Source: Hydrolagus colliei (Eukaryota). Taken from it: a DNA stretch of 64,000 bases. The notes beneath the pieces were generated by a model that made no database searches, was not told where the DNA came from, and saw only the letters and a list, made by a program, of their open reading frames with translations. Shown here in pieces: positions 31,590-41,700 of this stretch. The position numbers and the translations under genes were made by a program. The stretch covers positions 2,914,001 through 2,978,000 of the forward strand of contig CM068752.1 of NCBI GenBank assembly GCA_035084275.1, read 5' to 3'. Each line of letters opens with the position of its first letter. Positions within the stretch are counted from its first letter, which is position 1.

Positions 31590-32200
31590 CGTCTCCAGCA
31601 ATACCTCACCTCAAAAGCTGCTGAAAGCTTGGTCCATGCCTTTGTCACCTCTCGGCCGGACTATTGCAACGCCCTCCTCGCCGATCTCCCCTCCACCACA
31701 ATCCACAAAATCCAGCTAATCCAAATTCTGCCGCCCGCATACTCACCCGCACCAAGCTTCGCTCCCCCATTACCCCAGTCCTTGCCAGACTTCACTGGCT
31801 CCCTATCCCAGAGAGGATTGACTTGTAGATCCTCACCCTTGTTTTCAAATCCCTCCACTCCTCTGCATCCCTCTATCTCTCCGATCCCTTCTCCCCCCAA
31901 CCCAGCACCCGTTGTCTTTGCTCCTCTGGGTCTGGCCTCCTCCATGTCCCCCCTCGAATCCTCCGCTCCACGCTCGGTGGCTGTGCCTTCAGCCACTACT
32001 CCCCGAGGCTCTGGAACTCCCTTCCTCGCTCCCTTCACCTCGCCCCCTCTCTTCCCAGTTTCATGTCACAGCTGAAGACCTTTCTCTTTGACCGGGCTTT
32101 TGGTCACCTTCCTGCCCCTGTCCCTGACTCAGTCCCAGGATCCGCTACTGTAAACCGTCTGGCAGGGAGGGCGCTATATAAATCGAAGTTGTTGTTGTTG
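31590..32200 (+). mobile_element. L2-type LINE 3' fragment (degraded ORF2 C-terminus plus 3'UTR)
   Basis: Translates LVHAFVTSRPDYCNALLADLP..IHKIQLIQ, typical of the L2 ORF2 end; (TTG)n tail. Confidence 0.8.
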
Positions 32201-32674
32201 TAGGGATTGTATTAATACTATCATCAGACTGGACTGTTCATCAGGGCATCATAAGCATTGTGTAAAGTTACTTATCAATGCTAACTGTGACCAGTTACTA
32301 ACCGTGGAAGAGAATTCCGAGGGGAAGCTTAGCTCGGGCAGTCTGTTCCCAGCATTAACTTTGGCCATGACTCTGTTCAAAACAAACCCAACCACATTTT
32401 ATGCGTGTGTGAAGATCAGCAGAGGTTTTATTATGGCTCAAATAGAAAAGACTAACAGGAGAGACAGAAGGAGACATCTTGGGAATATGAGGAGCACCTC
32501 TGGAGTCAGCGCTGGTTTGGGTGAATGAGTGAGTGAGTCAGTGAATCAGACGGAAATTCTCCTAGTGGCTGCTTTAATGAAAGCCCTCCAGTTGAGTAAA
32601 GGTGATCACTGACCACAGTCCGAATCGGAGATTCGCTCCACGCTTTTTCCTGTTCCTTGCCTTCGGTGCTTGAA

Positions 32675-32793
32675 TCACATGGACTGTGTGGTAAAGTTGT
32701 CTCCTCGGTTTCTTATGTACAAGACATCTAGGTACTCTTCATCCATGGGGTCTTCCAACACATAAGGCATTTCTCCTCCTTCCTCTTCAAATT
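32675..32793 (-). CDS. TRIM probable terminal exon
   Basis: ccttttcttgtcgattcag|EFEEEGGEMPYVLEDPMDEEYLDVLYIRNRGDNFTTQSM-stop; phase 1; minus-strand AATAAA at 32427-32432. Confidence 0.55.
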
Positions 32794-35700
32794 CTGAATC
32801 GACAAGAAAAGGTTTGAGTAACTCCAAAGAAACTCTTCGACTCTTCACTTTGATCTTAAAATGACCGAAGGCACAAGGTACATTTACTGATGTCGAACGC
32901 TTTTTAAAGAGAAACACAGAAACAAAACAACTGAAGAGGCCATTGAGCCCATCGTGTCTATGCGCTGGAACTTGATTTTCTAGGTCACACCATTGTTTGA
33001 GCTCACTGTCCAATTCGTATCGCTTTCGATGAATCTGTGTGTGTGTATATGGGGGATATGGGGGATATGTATTGAGGGATATGGGGAGAAAGTGGGAAAT
33101 TGGAATTGAAAATATTAGTAAAGGCACAGATCAGCCATGATCTAATTAAATGGCAGAGCAGCAGCAACAACAACAACAAAATTACATTTATAGAGCGCCT
33201 TTCACATCAGGAGGATGTCTCAAGGTTTACGGGGAAGACTCGAAGGGCTGAACGACTCACTCTTGTTCCTATGTTCCTATTGTGTTCTGTAGAACTGTAT
33301 CCCACAGTCCCTCTGCCTCCCCCCCTCCCCCCACTCCCATGCCTCCTTCAAGACACACCTCAAGACCCTCGTCTTCGACCGTGCCTTTGGTCACCCTCCT
33401 ACGCCTCCCTTCCCCTGCCCTCCAACCCTGCTGATCCCAACCACTAGCGCGGGTGCAGATCCCTAACTGTCCAGCTCCTTGGGACATCCTCTTGACGTGA
33501 AAAGCACAGTATAAATGTAATTTTTTGTGGCTATTAATCGACCAATTCACTATAAACACCCAAAGATGCCAGTAGAAAAGGCCTTTTCTGGGGATTACGC
33601 ATTTTTACCACAATACCTGCATAGTAAACAGGGGTATCCAGAGTGGAGATGCTGGATGTGCTGTCTTCACACCTCCTGTGGAAGTAATCAAAACCTGGTT
33701 ACTATTAAGCCTGTAAATGACAGTCACATTACACAAGCCTCAATATCTTGAACAGCATTGAACTGACTCGCAAACTTGCAACTTGAGGCAACACATTTGG
33801 AGTGTAGCTCCAGTGGTTAGAGCACTCGCCTCACGAGCGAAATACACTGGGTTCGATTCCCTGTGGGGCGATATCTTGGGAAAATTTCCTGACTCCACAT
33901 GCCTGATAATAATAATCTCTCAAGAAAAAAAAACAATAACGGAATTGATCAATTCAAATCCGCGACTGTTTGTGGGACATGGCTGTACGCAATTGGCTGC
34001 TTGCTACATTTCGCCCACAAATATACAGACTCAAATAGACAGAAAAAGTGCTATATCAAATGCAACGATTATTATTATATTATTATTATTAGTTGCTTCC
34101 CAAAGCACACAGTTACCACACTTTACTGAGCATCAAAGTGAATTGTTACTGTGAACTACAGTAACATCACGCTCACTATTTATTGCTGCTTTTACAAAGC
34201 CTCTCGGCCCAGATATGCACTAATTGTCAGGGCAGTTTCAACAGGTTGGTTTTCAGTTTTACTTACAAGTTTTCGGTCAAATTGTCCTCATCATCCTCAT
34301 CTTCCAGTGGAAATCTCTGGAGCATCACGTCATCTCTGGACTTAGCTTTCACAAAAAGATGTTTCAAAAAGTTCATGTAAAACCTCTTAAAATGGTCATC
34401 AGGCTAAAGCGCACAAGAGCTCTAATCCTTTTTTTTCCCAAAAGCTTAAACATCACATTAAAAAAACGCAGAGATTTGAAACGGTCTGACGTTTGCAATT
34501 TGAGTCAATACATTTGGAGTCCTGTAGCTCCAGTGGTTAGAGCACTCGCCTCGCAAGCAAGAGACCTGGGTTTGAATCCCAGCAGGGCGAAACCTTGTGT
34601 AAAAAATTTCCTTACTCCACACACCTGCTAACAATCAATCCCTCAAGAAAAAAAAACAACAATGAAATTGATCACTTCAATCCGCGACTGTTTGTGGGAA
34701 AACTGCTGTGCGCAATTGGCCTGCTGCCTTTCTCCCACAAATATACGGACACAAATAGCTGATATTTAAGAGCGCGAGAGAGCACAGAGCGACAAGTGGG
34801 TCATGTCACAACCTTCAAGCTCTGCCCGATTTCACTGACCAGCCCATAAATATCAGACAATCCCCGCTTTAAAGTATATCATGTGTAGTCCTTTGAGACA
34901 TCGCAACGACGTGATAAGGCACTACTTTATTATCAGATGCAAGGATTGCTATTATTAATTAGCCTACATCTCCCAGGGAAAGTATTATATACAGTAGTTC
35001 CCCTAAAGGCAACAACACCAACAACAACAACAATCTTTTACATTTGTATAGCGCCTTTCACGTCGGGAGGACGTCAAACAAAAACGCCACAGTGTAAATC
35101 TCTCCCCACATTGCCATGATTGATCCACAGACTCCTCTCTATCTCTTATGGTTTTTACATACACTCTCTCTCCCTTTCCCTAACGCTGCCTCTCTTTCTT
35201 CCTCTCTCTGCCCAGTGTCAGACGATTTTGAGTTTGATTCCTGTCTGGCCCCGTGCACGATTTGAAGCAGATACTCTCATCCAATCCTTTTGCTGAAGGA
35301 GTCAGCCCCAACTCGATGTTTATAAGTCTAACTCTGGCATCTGGCCGTAAATATTATTCTCACGGAGACGTTTAGCCTCAAGATCCTCTCTCTCATCTTC
35401 AAACCCCTTCATGCCCTCGCACCTCCCAATCATCCTGACTTGCTTACGCCCATTCCACTATCTGCTGCCTCCGCTCAGCTGGCTCAGTTTGTCCGTGGCC
35501 CACCCCCACTGCACTTCACCATCAGTGGCCGTGCTTTCAGTCACTCTACCCCCAAAGCTCTGGAAGGCTATCTCCCAATCCCTCTGCCTTGCCCCCTCCA
35601 TCCCCACTTTCGAATCCTGCCTAAAGGACCTTCCTTTCATGGTTGTGCTGTACGTATAGTCACTTCGCCCATTCTCTCACCACCCCCCCGGCTCAGACTC

Positions 35701-38700
35701 CGCCACAGACAAAAAAAACACTACCCAGTGTGAAAAAAAAAAGGGGGTGGGAGGGGGGGGCGGGGGGGGTGACGCTACATAAATGCAAGTTGTTGTTGTC
35801 CAGTGAAATCACAAGACGAGGAAAGCGAATCGGTTGAGAGAAGTCACTTTTAATAAATCTAGAGGAGTTATATTTTAGAGGGGATTAACCTGGAAAAGTG
35901 ACGGCTTTCCCACACAGCGGCCACGTGCTGCTCCTGGGAAGTCTGGCCTCTGCGTCGGCCGCCGCCTGCCACTGGACGCCGCGCACAGCGGCGCAGCCGG
36001 CGGAGACATTGCTCACGTTGACGTCTTCCAAACTCAAGGAAGGCCGACGCTTCGGGTGAGAGGGCCCCCCGCCGGCCGCCGCTGGTTTCCTCTCCCGCGC
36101 CGTCTCCCTCGGGGCCTCGGCCGCCTCCGCCCTCGTCGGGCTCAGTTTGCCGAGGAACTCGGCGGAGTCGGAGGCACTCCGGACGCCCGGCTCCCGGGAG
36201 GAGAGGCTCGCCATCAGCCCGATGTCCTTCCTGATCTGGGACAAGCCTTTGTGCACCGAGGAGTGGACCCCCTGGAGGTTGGCGTCGATCTGGTTGAGGC
36301 CGGTGTGGATGGTGTCCCATATGTTGGACATCCCGATGTGGAGAGCGTCCTGGATCTCGATCAGGCCGTTCTGCAGGGCGTTCAGGTGATCGGCCATTCC
36401 GTTCTGCAGGGAGTCCTGCATGTCCGCGAACATGCCGGACTGCATGTCCGTCAGGTCGGACTGCACATCGCCGCGCATGTTGGCCATGTGCCCCCCGTGC
36501 ACGGTGGTCTGCATGTCTCCCATGGCCGCCTGCAGGTCGGCGCTCTCTGCGTTTTTGCCCTCCTGCAACCTCAGGAAGAAGGTCTGGAAATTCAGGTCGA
36601 AGACCTCCTGAGGAGCCACGGACGACATGAGCTGCATCTGGTGAAGTTTGTGCTGCTTCGCGGAGGGTCTGGCCATCACCTCTTCCATCAGTTCCACCAC
36701 CACCGTCTGCTGAGAGGTGCTGAGCTGTGTTGGCGGCTCCTCCGATGACAGTATCCAGGTTGCCGTTTGATCACAAGGACAGTTTATCTTGGTGCTGGAG
36801 TCTGGCCTCTGGACCAACCAGGGTTCTGGCACATCTGTACAGATAAAAAGAAACAACTATGAAGCTATCAACTCAGCCAGCCGGGGCTCCGTCTTAACGT
36901 AGATGCCATCGGTTGGTTAGGGGAGAGAGAGTGTGGGTGGGATGGGTGGGGAGAACCAAGAATGGAAGCGTAGCTGCTTAGAGTACCAGGAGGAATAAAA
37001 CAAGGCTGAATGATTCAATGCTGCTGCGTTGAGGCACCGGTGATGCAGGCAGCCAATGTTTTGCAAGGAGACTTGTGAAGGCAGACAGTGGAGGTATGAC
37101 TAGATTCACTTTGAAACCGTGGAGGAAATCAGTCCGGTTGAGTGGAGGGCAGCGACATAATCACTGGAGTTTCTTGTTGTTCACTAAGTCGAGATGAAGA
37201 GACTGGGGGTCACTGCGTTGCCATATTGTAGGTGATGAGACAGAAGTTTGAAGTCTCGACTGGCTTTTCTTTGGTGGCGTTAAAGATCCAATGAGAAAAG
37301 AAACGTCTCTGCAGTTGTCCAGATAAATTGTCATTCATTTCACGGCTGTATGTAGGATATTGTAGCAAGTACATGGACGGATGGATGCCTCCATTCGCCT
37401 ACCGAAAACAGTCACTGCACTTGGCAGCAATTACCTCTGAAGTGTTTAAGTGACATTTGGACCTTACAGGCACGATATCAAATGCAAGTAGCAGGGGTGG
37501 TGGTGGGGGGGGAAAGTGGCACAAAAAAGTATTGTATGTACACACGATCTCTCGTGTGGTTTCAAAACTGTGATTAGTTTGAGAAAATGGTACTGCGTAT
37601 TACTTTCAAAAGATTTCTGGTGTGAGAGAGACCAGCGTGCGATAGATACATACCAGAAAGTCCGGTTCTGAGCTGATGTTCTTTTGTCAGTTGCTTAGAC
37701 CAGGTTTTGTGGCTTCCTTGTTGTAAAATGCGGCATTTTTTTTATATCCCGTTTTCCCTTCTGTTTTTCCTTTGCGTCTGTACTAGCTTCATAGTGGAAT
37801 ATTTGCTGGCGTCTGCGGCCCAGAACCCAGTGTCTGTGCCAAGTAGCGCTTAATGGCCCGTTACCCGAGATGTCAAATTGGCTGCCGCTTTCGCCCCGGG
37901 ACACGCGCACAAAGTCACTCCACCTTGCACTGTGTCCCGTCCTGCGAAGCTCTTTGAGACGTCCTCCCGGCGTGAAGGGCGCGGGGTCGAATGATAAGGA
38001 TTATACCCTCAGAGGTGATGAATTGACCAAGTGTCAGAGCCAAGTGGTTCAGTTTGAGAATCAGTTTTCATCTCCTGTGGAGTTCGGAGTGCCTTTGCGA
38101 CCTGAAGTGTGCTGCACAAGTCTAACTTGCTGTCAGCGTTGAGCTTCTTCAGGCATTTTCCATCCTTTCTTACCATGGGGACCTCACACTACAATCTTTG
38201 CGATGAGGCCATCCACATTAGAAAAGCCAGGTGTCTGCTTGGCGGGCTTTATAATAATATTGAATGATAATAATACTGTAATAAAAATAATCCTTGCATT
38301 TGATGTAGCGCCTTATCACGTCTTGGAGATGTCTCAAAGGGCTTCAGAGAATGTACTGTAAAGTGCAGTGACTGGATATTCTATCACTGGGTTATTAGTC
38401 TGTCGGTAGCAGAAGGGGAGAGCTGAAGAGAGGGACAGATAGGAGCCTCTACGATCCCCAGCCAGTCTTCACACTGCCTGGGTAGAGATCTTTCCCTGAC
38501 GCACTTCAATTCCAAACAGTCCCCCCAAAATCCCCGTTTAGGCCTCGCAATTCAAACATAATGAGCACCAAAACCAACAAGCTGTGGTTCACAATATCTT
38601 GCAGAACAATCTATAATTGTTAAAGTATGCAGAGCTCAAAGATATATAAACTCTATATATTTTTTAAATGAACTGTAGGAATAATTCAAGTATGTGTAAA

Positions 38701-41700
38701 TACCTTTGCAAAATACAGAAGAATATGGATTCCTTATTATGTCTCCATTTCCTATGGATCTCCTGTGGTGAGTAATCAGAAGTGCAGTTAATAATCGAGG
38801 TGTAGAGACATATGCTGACATTCTAATAGTTGCAGATGGTAACATTTTAAATCTACATTATAAATCTACACGATAATTGGCCAAATTACATTTTTAGAAA
38901 ACTGCGGTTTTCGTACGTGAATATAGGTGTGTGTGCATTTCTGTGTGCAGAACAGTAAAAGCCCGCTGATCCGTGACCCGATCAACCATAACTTCCGTAT
39001 AACCGGCACTTCAAAAAAGGTCCGCATTCGATTAACCGGAATGTATCTGGAAAAATGCTTTTTTTGGGGGTGTTTTTCAGCCGAATGTCCAGCCCACACT
39101 TTAATTGGCCAGGTCTCGAGGGTGCCGGATAAATGGCTTTTATGTATGCAGACCAGTATGCGTGCGGCTCTGTGCAGTATGGGTGTTTGTGCACGTGTGT
39201 GTGTGCATGCTTGTGTTTGTGTGTGTGTGCCTATGTGTCTGTGCATTTCCAGGCGTGTGTGCAGTACATATGTACAGTCCTATCCATCTGGCCTCCTTAA
39301 GTCTCGCCTCGGCAACTCCTAATCCCCCCATTCCCTCCGCGCCCCTCCATCCTCAGCTCGGGTCCGAAGCAGTTACTGTCCAGTGACTTGGGACATCCTC
39401 CTGATGTGAAAGGCGCTATACAAGTGTAATTTTGTTGTTGTTGTTGTTGTTGCGTGTGTGTCTATGGATGTGCCTATGTTTCCATGTACTACTAAGTGTG
39501 CAGACCAATGAGTGTGTGTGTGTGTGCACACACGCATGTTGAACATCATGTACACAGCTATTTTGGATCAATATGTGCCTGTCTACCTTCGCCTGACTTA
39601 GAATATTAGATTCCGAAATTGCTGAGTTCTCTACACACAGACACGGTGGAATCACAGAGCTTCTCTCCCTGATGTACTTACATTGTATCAGATACATTTT
39701 CCTCTTCGGTCTCTTCTTCCATTCCAAACCTTTCCTCCACTCCTTCATTATTCGACTGAACTTTAAAAAACAGGATAGAGTGACTTTAAGCAGGAGTCTG
39801 CCTCAACATTCTGTATGAAGTTTAAAATAACAGGGCAATTATACTTTCAGTGTTACTTGATCACATTTCATTTTACTGCAGTGAGATAGTTAGTGTTCCT
39901 GAAAGCCAGGACTTTAATTGCTGTGCATTTTAAAGTGCAAAGTATACCACTGAAACAATGATCGTCCAATTTTTCTTGGGGGGTAATAATCCCGTCAACG
40001 AAAATATAATTTGGCCACTCAATCCACCACCTTCTCATTTATCTCTCGTTCCTTTTCTCAGCAAACCAAGCACGCACAGGAGGTATTTTCCAAGTACAGT
40101 ATATGTTACCATTCCTCATTAAAAATGATTTCCAGTTACTCTGCTTTGTCTGCAAGGCTTATGTTTGCTCTGGGCCTTATTGTAACATACTGCACATCCA
40201 TGCAGAATGTTCTACTTTACTTCTGCCTTGAATGAGTCAATCTATTGACAATAACTTTGGGTTATTCAAGTATAAAACATTATTTATTGATGAATGCCCG
40301 GGGTATAAGGTCAGTCAACGCCTATAGCACCTGCCAAGTTCCAACCTCACAACTGGAATTTCTATCCAATAGTCTGCCATAATCCAATTTACAACTCTAT
40401 CTTGGAATCCAAACATTTTCACTTTGATGCCGTTAAAAAAAAATACACAGTCAATTCACTCAACGGTATAGAGTGAATTGGAAATCATGATAAGGCGTGA
40501 CATCAAAATGCAAGCGTTGCATTATTAGTATGGATTTTCTGATAGCTTTCATCCAAGATGTTTCTCAACATCAGCACATACTGTAGCTGTAATTTACACC
40601 ACTGTACTCCAACTCTTATCTGCTATTATCGCTTTTCCTAGATACCAAGTGTGTTAACTTGGCAACTTTGATCTCAGGTAATATGATTTGGATTTGGGCA
40701 GCACTTTGAGACATCTGGAAGATGTGTGAAGGCGCTATAATCAAAGGCAAGAATTGTTCATTACCAGTCGTAATCAAAGCTGCGTCACATACCAGGGTGG
40801 TCAAAAATCAGCGTGTTTAGTGTTTCAAAGATTCGCTTTGTTTCCTGTTTGATGTTGGATATCGTTGTTTCGTCCAACTTCTTCCAGGACACTTTTAGTT
40901 TTTCTACCTCGGTGTTGTTGTTGGAAATCCTGAAAAAGTGGTCACAGAGAGAAAAAATATCCAATCAAAATTTAAACCTGGTTATTCTTGTTACACCTTG
41001 TTAACCATATCAGGTGAAAGCTTTGACTTCAATCTGTACATTTGCCGCCGAGAATGGCAGTCTAACGACTTTTACAAACATTTAATGTTTGGCTTATTTA
41101 CACACACATACACATACACACGCACGCGCGAAAAACAGGTCAATAATCTTGATGTGGGTTACCTTTCATAAGTGGATTTGAAGTCCTAAAATGAGAACAG
41201 AATGACATTTTCAATGTGGCTAGGACCCATGTAATAAATATATTTAGCTTTCGTGTCGCATGTTATAATGCACGTCTTTTACGGTCGCATGTAAAAATGC
41301 ATTTGTTTTTCACATGAACAACAACAAATTACACGTGTACAGTACCTTTCACGTCAGGAGGAAGTCCCAAGGCACTGTACGGTCAGGGATCTGCAGTGCT
41401 GGTGGCTGGGATCAGGAAGGATCAAGGGTGGGGAGGACAGGAGTAGGAGGATGACCAAAGGCATGGTGGAAGAGGAAGGTCTTAAGTCAGCTTTTGAAGG
41501 AGCCAAGGGAGGGGGCGAGGCGGAGGGACTGCGGGGCAGAGAATGGGGGCAGAGAGTCTGAAGGCCCGTCTGCCAATGGTACAGCACATCAGAATATAAC
41601 AACAACTAAATTATATTTGCATAGGACTTCACGTTGGGCGGATGTCCCAAAGCACTGGACAATCAATGTTTCAGAACTGAGCTGGGGTCAGGGTGGGTGG

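Noticed and set aside
35180-35340. Phase-1 open segment after a CAG (DARVRLINIELG...RQR-stop) as an alternative TRIM last exon
   Set aside because: Poor polypyrimidine tract and no homology; the duplicated-module exons downstream are better supported.
36056-36748. 230-aa plus-strand ORF (and similar ORFs at 43818-44387 and 62117-62638)
   Set aside because: Antisense shadows of GC3-rich coding exons on the minus strand; no independent splice or domain support.
38033-38188. Short minus-strand ORF CEVPMVRKDGKCLKK...PLGL-stop in a TRIM intron
   Set aside because: Phase 0 acceptor is incompatible with the preceding phase-1 exon; no other support.
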